39,055 nt of DNA, taken from the IMG/VR virus record IMGVR_UViG_3300017700_000484, positions 1 through 39,055 of that record; one strand, given 5' to 3'. Shown piece by piece: positions 17,628 through 25,279 of this stretch; position 1 is the first letter of the stretch; each line of letters begins with the position of its first letter. The notes beneath the pieces are model-generated. The model had not been told where the DNA came from, made no database searches, and saw only the letters and a list, made by a program, of their open reading frames with translations. The stretch comes from a virus. Taxonomy: Duplodnaviria; Caudoviricetes. Position numbers and translations under genes: made by a program.

Positions 17628-17815
17628 AGGGCGTCCTTAGCCCTGAAAACACAGGTCTGGCCGTTATCATACCGAACCGCGATCACCTTTCGTTCGGTCC
17701 AAAGTGTGCCATCAATCATTCGGGCCAGACGCTTTTCCTGGGGCGGATTGCACAGATGCCAAGACCAGTCGTACTCGTAATAATCGCCGTAGTCGTTGTA
17801 GCTTACCGCCTTCAT
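17624..17815 (-). CDS. Hypothetical protein
   Basis: 63 aa, coupled to the HTH gene. Confidence 0.5.
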   Translation of the reverse strand: MKAVSYNDYGDYYEYDWSWHLCNPPQEKRLARMIDGTLWTERKVIAVRYDNGQTCVFRAKDAL

Positions 17816-17849
17816 TTTCTACCCCCAAGCGACATTCTAAGCTCGTCGT

Positions 17850-18245
17850 TTAGGTATCCAGAGCCAACCCTATCCATAATCTTAAGCGTTTTTCTACCAC
17901 CGACCTCGGAAGGCTAACCATCTCTCTATCGTCTTTCCAGGCAACCCAGCCCAGCCAGTCAGCATCCTCTGACACCCCGCCGATGTCTTGATACCAGCAA
18001 GCGACGGCGAAGCTTTCCGACCAAGACGCGGGCGCGCCTTCGTTAAGACGTTTGTCATAGGGCACAATCAAAGACCCATCGCGCGGCGCATCCCTCATAG
18101 GCCTAAGGATCAGGCCTGTAGGACCGCAAAGAATTACCGCCCCTATCCTCTCAATCTCGCGCACCCTTTCGGAATCGCTGCCGCCCAAAAAAGCAGCCTC
18201 CGACCCACAGACGCAATGAATGAACTCCTCAAGGTCTCTGGTCAC
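17850..18245 (-). CDS. Hypothetical protein (RPMRDAPRDG, DUF551-like motif)
   Basis: GTGA-coupled to the upstream ORF; lower GC. Confidence 0.5.
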   Translation of the reverse strand: MTRDLEEFIHCVCGSEAAFLGGSDSERVREIERIGAVILCGPTGLILRPMRDAPRDGSLIVPYDKRLNEGAPASWSESFAVACWYQDIGGVSEDADWLGWVAWKDDREMVSLPRSVVEKRLRLWIGLALDT

Positions 18246-18400
18246 TTGACCGAACCCGCAAACCGGATTTCACCCATGCGGGCCAGGGTGCGAACGTGAG
18301 AGGCGTTGCAGCCCAGATCAACCAAGAAGGCTTCTTCAAGGTCACGACCGAAGCCAGCTTCAAACTTGCGGACTTTGGCGAGGGTTTCGGTGATGCACAT
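18242..18400 (-). CDS. Hypothetical 52-aa protein (not in the ORF track)
   Basis: MCITETLAKVRKFEAGFGRDLEEAF..; first ORF after the cassette promoter. Confidence 0.5.
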   Translation of the reverse strand: MCITETLAKVRKFEAGFGRDLEEAFLVDLGCNASHVRTLARMGEIRFAGSVK

Positions 18401-18449
18401 GATCTTCAATCCGTCCGGCTAGTGCTTGATTGCCCTGCGCCGATGACTG

Positions 18450-18478
18450 GTTATCCCACATACGTCAGACTGACGCAA
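18450..18478 (-). promoter_or_regulatory. Promoter with palindromic operator CGTCAG-A-CTGACG
   Basis: TTGCGT-17 nt-GATAAC; perfect inverted repeat at 18463-18475. Confidence 0.55.
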
Positions 18479-18487
18479 GCGGTTATT

Positions 18488-18871
18488 TTAGCCAATCACG
18501 ACGCGCTCAATCTTCTGCACTTGGACCGGTCCGCCGTCAGCGCCGGTCAGCTCTTGCTCGGTCTTGTCTTTCCAGCCGTGGTTGTTCTTGAGGTCGAAGA
18601 TCAGACCGGGGGTAAACCCTCCCTTGTCGATCAGCGATTGCCACCGATCATCCTCAATCCGCATGCGGGTTTGCTTTACTGTGCGGGAAAAGTCGTCGTC
18701 ATATTCGGCGTAGCGGACGAATGTTTCCCGGTCCTCGAAGTCCATGAAGTAGGACAGACCAGCCAAAGTCGGGCGTTTTCCGTTGGTCTCCAGAGACGCA
18801 AAATACTCGTCCACCTTGGCGACGAACGAGGCGTGGTCCTGATACAAACGCGGACGACCCATCTCGGCCAT
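18488..18871 (-). CDS. terS: Terminase small subunit (P22 gp3-like)
   Basis: GRPRLY, PTLAGLSYFMDF, GLIFDLKNNHGWKDKTEQELTGADGGP. Confidence 0.85.
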   Translation of the reverse strand: MAEMGRPRLYQDHASFVAKVDEYFASLETNGKRPTLAGLSYFMDFEDRETFVRYAEYDDDFSRTVKQTRMRIEDDRWQSLIDKGGFTPGLIFDLKNNHGWKDKTEQELTGADGGPVQVQKIERVVIG

Positions 18872-19092
18872 CAGCTATCCATCTCCGCAATCTTCGTCCG
18901 GATCGCAGCAGCGCGTTCGGTCTGGCTCTCCTGACCCTCGATTTTGGCGAGGGTGCGCTCCAGGTCGGCTTTGGTCTTGACAGTAGGGTTTGGTTGATCA
19001 CCGAGCGCATAGGCTGCGAGACGCATGGCCTCTTCGGGCGTGGCCTGGCCAGTAGCGAGAACGGGGCCTGTCGCAGATCGGGTGGATGTCAC
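18871..19092 (-). CDS. Hypothetical protein
   Basis: GTG start coupled to the upstream stop; TGATG coupling to terS. Confidence 0.5.
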   Translation of the reverse strand: MTSTRSATGPVLATGQATPEEAMRLAAYALGDQPNPTVKTKADLERTLAKIEGQESQTERAAAIRTKIAEMDS

Positions 19093-19223
19093 GTCAGCAC
19101 CCAAACAAGCGCGGTGATGAAGAACCCCAAGCGACCGGCCCACTCGGGCACACGCGAGTTAGGCACTGCGGACACGAACCACAGGCCGGTGGAGATGAGC
19201 AGCAGGAGCGCGAGCAGGTTCAT
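19089..19223 (-). CDS. 44-aa two-TM membrane peptide (not in the ORF track)
   Basis: MNLLALLLLISTGLWFVSAVPNSRVPEWAGRLGFFITALVWVLT; stop coupled to the next GTG. Confidence 0.5.
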   Translation of the reverse strand: MNLLALLLLISTGLWFVSAVPNSRVPEWAGRLGFFITALVWVLT

Positions 19224-19230
19224 GCGCTGA

Positions 19231-19464
19231 TTATCGCTGAGTGGGTGGGGTTTGTCGAGGGGTCACGATTAACCGGGCGTCCGTTGCCTGGATCAACATA
19301 CGGATGGCTTCAGACGGTTCCTCTGTGTGCGCCCATCCCGACGTTATCGACTCTAACTCAGGCCCCGTCAGATACACGCTGACCTTATGCACCCTACCCT
19401 CAGCCAGCCTCGCGCGTTGCTGGCGCTTGCGTTCGGTTTCGTAGAGGCGTTTGGGGTTGGTCAT
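19231..19464 (-). CDS. Putative ribbon-helix-helix regulator
   Basis: ERKRQQRARL..KVSVYLT..E..SEAIRMLI pattern; AGGAG SD. Confidence 0.6.
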   Translation of the reverse strand: MTNPKRLYETERKRQQRARLAEGRVHKVSVYLTGPELESITSGWAHTEEPSEAIRMLIQATDARLIVTPRQTPPTQR

Positions 19465-19658
19465 GTTCCGTCTCCTAGATAGTATTCCTGCCCTACCGTG
19501 CCGCCCTCCCGCACACCAACCGACTTACCAATAACCGCCCGGCTTACGTCCATCGTCTTCCAGATAGACGTGTAAGGATACGGACCAGGCTGGATTTGCG
19601 GATATACGTTGAGGGGGCCAACTGCGGCGTAAAACTGCTCCGTAGTTACCCGCCTCAT
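19461..19658 (-). CDS. Hypothetical protein
   Basis: MRRVTTEQF..; ATGA coupling. Confidence 0.55.
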   Translation of the reverse strand: MRRVTTEQFYAAVGPLNVYPQIQPGPYPYTSIWKTMDVSRAVIGKSVGVREGGTVGQEYYLGDGT

Positions 19659-19846
19659 GCCCGCACCGCCTTCCACATGTCCTCGGCTTCCATCTCAACC
19701 ATTTCAGCGTCTCCGCGAGCCATGCTCAGAACGCCATGAACCGCGAAAGCCGTTGCCGCTTCGATGTTGAACGTCTGAGCGGTTTTGGTAGCCCAAGCGC
19801 GGTAGGCATTGGCGAAGTCAGCGGCTGCGGTTTCGATGCGGGTCAT
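19655..19846 (-). CDS. Hypothetical protein
   Basis: GGAGAG SD before MTRIETAA. Confidence 0.6.
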   Translation of the reverse strand: MTRIETAAADFANAYRAWATKTAQTFNIEAATAFAVHGVLSMARGDAEMVEMEAEDMWKAVRA

Positions 19847-19874
19847 TTCGTCTCTCCAGTTCCGATACCCACTT

Positions 19875-19901
19875 GTCCCACAAGGGACGTTAGGCGTCAA
19901 C
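19875..19901 (-). promoter_or_regulatory. Promoter/operator copy 2 (TTGACG + GTCCC-TTGT-GGGAC)
   Basis: 14-bp inverted repeat identical to the copy at 20249-20262. Confidence 0.65.
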
Positions 19902-20078
19902 GGTTATTTTTGCGGCTGACAAAGAATCTTTAGCCGCCTCAATCGAGCGCAGCGCTTTCTCAGCCGACCGAACCAGATGCTCCGTGTCCGTGCCTTCGTG
20001 ACGATCTGCATTGTCCGCCAGCCATTTCGCCGTCCAAGCCGATCCCGCGTTAAGGGCGTTCTGGATTTGCCGGTCCAC
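19890..20078 (-). CDS. Hypothetical protein
   Basis: 62 aa within a small-gene cassette. Confidence 0.5.
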   Translation of the reverse strand: MDRQIQNALNAGSAWTAKWLADNADRHEGTDTEHLVRSAEKALRSIEAAKDSLSAAKITVDA

Positions 20079-20080
20079 GA

Positions 20081-20221
20081 TCAGCCCTCACTTTTGATGA
20101 GGGCGATGCAAGCGCGTTGGCGCTTGGTCATCGACTTCATGTAGCCGACGCGCTGCATAACTTCGTAGCGCTGCATGGCGGTCATTGCGTACCAGGTCTG
20201 GGTTGCGGATTCGGTGGTCAC
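20081..20221 (-). CDS. Hypothetical 46-aa protein
   Basis: GGAGAG SD before GTG ACC ACC. Confidence 0.5.
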   Translation of the reverse strand: MTTESATQTWYAMTAMQRYEVMQRVGYMKSMTKRQRACIALIKSEG

Positions 20222-20245
20222 CGTCTCTCTCCGTGTTGATGACTC

Positions 20246-20276
20246 TATGTCCCACAAGGGACATACCCTCGTCAAC
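20246..20276 (-). promoter_or_regulatory. Promoter/operator copy 1 (TTGACG + TATGTCCC-TTGT-GGGACATA)
   Basis: 20-bp inverted repeat at 20246-20265 downstream of the -35 TTGACG. Confidence 0.65.
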
Positions 20277-20322
20277 GGTTGTTTTGGTGGGTGAGAGATT
20301 ATTTTTCCTCGGGATGTCGGCT

Positions 20323-20468
20323 AAGGTGGGGATGACGACATCAGCGTCTCCCCACCTGTTCTTAGCCCCGACCGGCGCCGCCTAAGGGGCTACAGGTGGG
20401 GAAGCTGAAAGTCAACCCCCACCGCCGGGGTAGAATATGGGCCGATTTCCCCACCTTTTCCCCACCTT
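20323..20468. repeat. Putative replication origin: six CCCCACC iterons in both orientations
   Basis: Copies near 20325(-), 20350(+), 20395(-), 20417(+), 20449(+), 20460(+); non-coding, directly downstream of the primase-helicase. Confidence 0.6.
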
Positions 20469-20487
20469 GAAATCACAGGTGAGGAAA

Positions 20488-22461
20488 CTAAAACGGGGAG
20501 TCGTCGGTGTCGTTGTCAGTGTGCGATTTGCCCGCTGACAGTGGGATTTCGGAGGGTGGGCAGGCCAGGTATTCGCGGGGGTTTCCCTTCTTGTCTTTGC
20601 GGATTTCCACGGCAAGAACCCCACTCGAAATCCACGTTTTGATCGCATAAATGAGGATGCCTTTTCCGGCTCTATCCACAGAGTTGATGCCGAGTTTCTC
20701 ACCGACAACGTGACCGAACCAGTCTGGCGACGTGTGATCCCTGCGAGAGATGTACGGGTTTTCATGCGCGACACGCTGGGCGATGATGACGGCATTGTCT
20801 GGGAGGCTGTCGATCGCCTTGGCTTTCTCGGGCAGCTGATAATGCTCCACGACGCCGACACGGTCAGAGACGCCTACAGGGCCGTTGCCAAGGTCCAGGT
20901 CGTACAGGTGCCGCCACTTTGCGTCTGACGTGCGCTTGGCCATGTTGGCCTTGCCGTTGGTGACTGAGAAGTAGCTGTAGCGGTCGTCAACCTTGAAGTC
21001 CGGAATGGCCAGCGCGATTTCCTCGCTCATGACATTCAGGACGCGGGCGGACCGGACGCCGCCGATAAGGGCGGATGCCCCACGGGCGTCGTTCACGTCG
21101 GTCTGTTCCTTGGAGCCGCCACCGGGTTTGCGGACGTGGTGGACGACCTCGACGGCGCAGTTGGCGCGTTCGGCTAGTTTGCCGAGGCGTTTTATGACTG
21201 CGTCGATTGCGTTGTTATCGTTTTCGCCCATGCGGTGCGAGGATACGAACGGGTCGAGAATGAACACGTCGATCTGACGGGCAATAATCTCGGCCTCCAG
21301 CTCTGCGAACAGGTCTTCATCAAGGGTGATCTGGCCCGACATGATCTGGCCGAGGGTGATGGTCTGCTCGCGGCCCGTGTCGGTGTAGAGGCGACCGCCG
21401 ACTTTATCCGGGGTAAGGCCGTGGTGCATGGCGGCGGCGATGACCCGGCGCTGAGTTTCCTCTTGCGGGTCTTCGCCGTTCCAGTACCAAACGCGCAGAG
21501 GCTCAGGGACGCGAACGCGGTCGTCCTTAAGCAGGTGCTGGCCGGACGCCATAGCCAGGGCCTCAACGAGAACAAGGCTGGACTTACCCAGACCGCCAGG
21601 GCTGACGGTGACGGACACGAAGCGGCGGATCAGGTGATCGCCGTAAAGCCAGGCGCGGGGTGCGATGTTAGCGGCGTCGATCCACTCGAATGGGGTGGGG
21701 ACGACGCGGCCCGGTGCTGGCGATGATACGTCAGAAACGGTCGTAACAGCGCACTGGTCTAGGCTGGCATCAGGCAGGCGCGAGAACTCACGCAGGGTCT
21801 TGACGCCGTCAGGGAGCCGCCAGACCGGGGCATTAAGCGCGTCGGAAAACGCGCGGCAGAACTCGGCAGACCGTGCGCCGCCAGTGTCGAGAATGCGAAC
21901 GTCACGACCTGCTAGGTGGTGGATAAACGAAGCGTCAGTGTGAAGGTCCAGGCCGCTTGGGTATGTCGTGGCCACCTGATTGAAGCCGTCACGGATCAAC
22001 TCTGCATGATGTTCGCCACGGACCAGCCAGATCGTTTCATCCGTCAGGACATCGGACAGGGCGTAGGGGACGATCAGGTCAGGAGTGCCGGGGACGAACC
22101 CGTCGATGTCGAACTTGTGCTGGCGGTATGAGCCGTCCGACATGGCCTGGACCATGTGATAAGGCTCGCCCTTGGCGTCCTCGTACACATACTCACGGGC
22201 GACAAATACCGGCTGGGCCTGTGACTTGACGCCGTTGGGTTTCCACGCGGGCATGCCGAGTTTGTCGCGGACGAAGTCGCGGCACTCTCGGAAGTCGTCG
22301 CCTGCGAAACTGTGAACACCGAAGCCCTCAGGATATTCGGGGCCGAAAATAACGGACAGGGAAACGTCGCGCTTGCCGTGGCCGGGTCCAGGGCATAGGA
22401 TGCCTGTTCGCCCTGACTTCACCCCGCCTAGCGCCTTGATTGCAGAGGCTGGGGTGATCAC
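20488..22461 (-). CDS. Primase-like/RepA-type (AAA_25) replicative helicase
   Basis: N-terminal CPGPGH..D.SLS..HSFAG domain, degenerate TOPRIM-like LVRGE, Walker A SPGGLGKS, Walker B FILDP, HHVRK, ARGASAL. Confidence 0.85.
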   Translation of the reverse strand: MITPASAIKALGGVKSGRTGILCPGPGHGKRDVSLSVIFGPEYPEGFGVHSFAGDDFRECRDFVRDKLGMPAWKPNGVKSQAQPVFVAREYVYEDAKGEPYHMVQAMSDGSYRQHKFDIDGFVPGTPDLIVPYALSDVLTDETIWLVRGEHHAELIRDGFNQVATTYPSGLDLHTDASFIHHLAGRDVRILDTGGARSAEFCRAFSDALNAPVWRLPDGVKTLREFSRLPDASLDQCAVTTVSDVSSPAPGRVVPTPFEWIDAANIAPRAWLYGDHLIRRFVSVTVSPGGLGKSSLVLVEALAMASGQHLLKDDRVRVPEPLRVWYWNGEDPQEETQRRVIAAAMHHGLTPDKVGGRLYTDTGREQTITLGQIMSGQITLDEDLFAELEAEIIARQIDVFILDPFVSSHRMGENDNNAIDAVIKRLGKLAERANCAVEVVHHVRKPGGGSKEQTDVNDARGASALIGGVRSARVLNVMSEEIALAIPDFKVDDRYSYFSVTNGKANMAKRTSDAKWRHLYDLDLGNGPVGVSDRVGVVEHYQLPEKAKAIDSLPDNAVIIAQRVAHENPYISRRDHTSPDWFGHVVGEKLGINSVDRAGKGILIYAIKTWISSGVLAVEIRKDKKGNPREYLACPPSEIPLSAGKSHTDNDTDDSPF

Positions 22462-22649
22462 TGGTTAGCCGCCTTCTCCATAGCGATCAGCTCTTTCAGC
22501 GTCGCCATCCCCTCCGACATAATCTCAGGCCAAACGCCACGCGGTATGATATTGCGCGTTTTCCACATACGGATTGTGCCGTCACGATAGCCGAACACAT
22601 CATGTAGTGTTTTCGGGGTTTTTTCGTCAATCCAGTCTGCAAACGTCAT
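22458..22649 (-). CDS. Cro-like HTH protein
   Basis: FGYRDGTIRMWKTRNIIP..W pattern; first gene of the replication operon. Confidence 0.65.
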   Translation of the reverse strand: MTFADWIDEKTPKTLHDVFGYRDGTIRMWKTRNIIPRGVWPEIMSEGMATLKELIAMEKAANQ

Positions 22650-22711
22650 GTGTTTTTCCTCTTGCGTTAGCCAGCGGTATCACGCATTGTGGCGAGGTAG
22701 CAAGGGAGAGA

Positions 22712-22981
22712 ATGATGTCAGATGTTATGATTTTGGTTGCCGGCCCGTGCGACGGTCGCAGGGTTAAGATCGACGGGCGTCCAAGGGTTTATTACGTGCC
22801 TCGCGTCAACCGCATTGATATGAAAATCAACCCGCGCGACGAAACGGAAGCGCGGTACATCAAGGAAATTGCAGAAGAATACGTCCGCTGCGAGAGCGGC
22901 GTCTATATGCACGAAAGCATCAGTCACTTGGATGTGGTAGCTGTTTTAACGGCAGGTTATCGTAACGAGATTGGCGAATGA
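22712..22981 (+). CDS. Hypothetical protein
   Basis: GGGAGAG SD; LVAGPCDG motif; ATGA-coupled to the exonuclease. Confidence 0.6.
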   Translation: MMSDVMILVAGPCDGRRVKIDGRPRVYYVPRVNRIDMKINPRDETEARYIKEIAEEYVRCESGVYMHESISHLDVVAVLTAGYRNEIGE

Positions 22982-23667
22982 CCATCACTGTATTCCGAGA
23001 CCTAATCCAAGGCTCCGACGAATGGCATGCCGCCCGGTTGGGAATCCTGACCGCCAGCGAGTGCAAGCACATCGTCACGCCGACACTGAAGGCGGCGGAC
23101 AATGAGAAGACCCGCAGCCACGTCTGGGAGATCGCAGCACAGCGCATCAGTCAGTATGTCGAGCCGTCGTATATCGGAGACGACATGCTGCGCGGCTGGG
23201 AAGACGAGGTCCACGCCCGCCTGAAGTATGAGGAGTTCACGGGTAACGCCGTGGAGGAAGTCGGCTTCATCACGAACGACAAGTGGGGCTTCACCATCGG
23301 CTATTCGCCAGACGGCTGTGTCGTCGGTGCGAAAGGCGGTATTGAGTGCAAGTCCCGTAAGCAGAAGTTCCAGGTCCAGACGATTGTGGAGTGGCACCGC
23401 GACGGCGTTATTCCCACCGACTTCCTGATCCAGTGCCAGACCGGCCTGCTGGTCGCGGAATGGGATTGGCTGGACCTGGTGTCGTACTCAGGCGGGCTGC
23501 ACATGCCGATCATGCGGGTTCTGCCGGATGAGAAGGTGCAGGAAGCGATACTGGCGGCGGCGGCCTCGTTTGAGGCGAAGGTGTGCGCTGCGGTATCGGA
23601 TTATAACGAGGCGTCTAAGGCGATGCCGATCACAGAGCGGAAGATTGAACAGGAGATGCACGTATGA
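22978..23667 (+). CDS. YqaJ/lambda-type exonuclease
   Basis: QGSDEWHAARLGILTAS, GYSPDG, IECKS, QCQTGL. Confidence 0.9.
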   Translation: MTITVFRDLIQGSDEWHAARLGILTASECKHIVTPTLKAADNEKTRSHVWEIAAQRISQYVEPSYIGDDMLRGWEDEVHARLKYEEFTGNAVEEVGFITNDKWGFTIGYSPDGCVVGAKGGIECKSRKQKFQVQTIVEWHRDGVIPTDFLIQCQTGLLVAEWDWLDLVSYSGGLHMPIMRVLPDEKVQEAILAAAASFEAKVCAAVSDYNEASKAMPITERKIEQEMHV

Positions 23668-24314
23668 CCCAAGACATGACGGGGGTGATCGTCCCCAAAT
23701 CAGACCAGATCAACGCCGACGACTTCCTATCCGGCCCGCGCACGGTGCGTATCAAGTCCGTGGCGATCACGCCAGGGACTGAACAGCCGGTGACGATTGA
23801 ACTGGAGGATTCCAAGCCCTGGCGTCCCTGTAAGTCTATGTCACGCCTTCTGGTCGCCGCATGGGGGCCGGATGCCAAGGAATACGCGGGCCGTTCAGTC
23901 ACGCTGTATTGCGACCCGAAGGTTAAATGGGGCGGGATGGAGGTTGGCGGGATTCGTGTCAGCCATATGAGCCACATCGACAGCGACCTCGTGCTGGCCC
24001 TGACGATGACCAAGGGGAAGAAGGCACCGACGCGGGTTAAGCCGCTGAAGGCCGATGTAGCGCCGCTGAAGGTGGTCAAGGCCGAACCTGCCCCCGCCAC
24101 CGAATACGACTTTGACGGCCTGTCTATGATGGTTGCCGAGGCGTTCGTACTTGCCGAGGGCGCTACAGGATCGCAGGGCCTCAAGAAGTGGTGGGAAACC
24201 ATGAAGCCCGACCGCATGAAGGCCGGTGCTGCCGACCGTGCACGGGCTATTGAAATCGCGGATATGGTCAAGGCCAAGATCGCGGAACTGGAAACGAAAG
24301 AAGGAGAAGTCTGA
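23664..24314 (+). CDS. Hypothetical protein in the recombinase position
   Basis: [32 protein letters not shown]; lies between the exonuclease and ssb. Confidence 0.65.
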   Translation: MTQDMTGVIVPKSDQINADDFLSGPRTVRIKSVAITPGTEQPVTIELEDSKPWRPCKSMSRLLVAAWGPDAKEYAGRSVTLYCDPKVKWGGMEVGGIRVSHMSHIDSDLVLALTMTKGKKAPTRVKPLKADVAPLKVVKAEPAPATEYDFDGLSMMVAEAFVLAEGATGSQGLKKWWETMKPDRMKAGAADRARAIEIADMVKAKIAELETKEGEV

Positions 24315-24772
24315 TGGCCGGATCGGTAAACAAGGTAATCGTGGTGGGGAACTTGGGGAAAGACCCTGAGATTCGCACCCTGAACAGCGGCGAGCGGGTG
24401 GCAAACCTGTCCGTCGCTACGTCGGAAAGCTGGAAAGACAAGGCGACCGGTGAGCGCAAGGAAAAGACCGAGTGGCACCGGGTTACGATCTTTAACGAGA
24501 ACATCGTCAAGGTGGCTGAGTCGTACCTGAAAAAAGGCAGCACGGTCTATATCGAGGGGTCGCTACAGACCCGGAAATATGAACAGAACGGGGTGGAGAA
24601 ATACACCACCGAGATTGTGTTGCAGAAGTTCCGTGGCGAACTGACGATGCTGGGTGGTAAGTCGGATAGTTCGGCGTCACGCGACGATGACTATTACGCC
24701 AACACTCCAGCGCAGCAAGGGCAGGCATCGGCGCAACAGTCGCTGCCAGACGACTCGGAGATTCCGTTCTAA
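24314..24772 (+). CDS. ssb: Single-stranded DNA-binding protein
   Basis: [35 protein letters not shown]; acidic tail DDSEIPF. Confidence 0.97.
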   Translation: MAGSVNKVIVVGNLGKDPEIRTLNSGERVANLSVATSESWKDKATGERKEKTEWHRVTIFNENIVKVAESYLKKGSTVYIEGSLQTRKYEQNGVEKYTTEIVLQKFRGELTMLGGKSDSSASRDDDYYANTPAQQGQASAQQSLPDDSEIPF

Positions 24773-24915
24773 TGCCCCGCGACGCCGCACAATACGCGTG
24801 GCGCATGATGGGCCGTGGTCAGTCGCTAAAGCTGTCTGCGGCCCGTTTGGGCTGCACAATCGGAGAACTTGACCGCGCTATTTGGCGCTATCGGAAACTC
24901 CAGACGCAATCCTAA
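24772..24915 (+). CDS. 47-aa HTH-like protein (not in the ORF track)
   Basis: TAATG-coupled to ssb; GQSLKLSAARLGCTIGELDRAIW. Confidence 0.45.
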   Translation: MPRDAAQYAWRMMGRGQSLKLSAARLGCTIGELDRAIWRYRKLQTQS

Positions 24916-25279
24916 GCGCATCATCCACTGACCTAGCAAAGCCTGCCCGACCGCCCGCCTTCTGGACTGCCTGTATAAACTCAGGTTGACCGGGACGCGG
25001 GCGGTCTTTTCCTGCCTTGACCTCGATTGCGGTAACGACCGCCACAGTCTGCCCGATCATGTCAGCGGTGATCACGACAGGCGTAAATCCAAGGGTGTCA
25101 GACAGACCACTGAACCCGACATTCACCAGGCGGGCGTTCTTCAGGATCATGTGGCCCTGTTCCGTGCGACCTACCGGAACGCCAGCCCAGAACTTCCCCG
25201 TGACCATAACGAAAAGCCGCGTCCCTACTTTTGACGCGGCTTCACGGATTTGGTTTGTCAGGACTTGGCCAGGGGTCAT
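24878..25279 (-). CDS. VRR-NUC domain nuclease
   Basis: GLSDTLG..AIEVKA..Q..FI..V..AGGRAGFARSVDDA. Confidence 0.85.
   Translation of the reverse strand: MTPGQVLTNQIREAASKVGTRLFVMVTGKFWAGVPVGRTEQGHMILKNARLVNVGFSGLSDTLGFTPVVITADMIGQTVAVVTAIEVKAGKDRPRPGQPEFIQAVQKAGGRAGFARSVDDALRIASGVSDSAK

Noticed and set aside
18215-18345. RDLEE motif shared by two adjacent small ORFs
   Set aside because: Only about 12-15 nt of similarity; could be chance
18296-18934. 212-aa plus-strand ORF
   Set aside because: Antisense to terS and to the cassette promoter; no motifs
20323-20468. CRISPR-like mini-array
   Set aside because: Repeats are 7-10 bp, in mixed orientation and irregularly spaced; no cas genes
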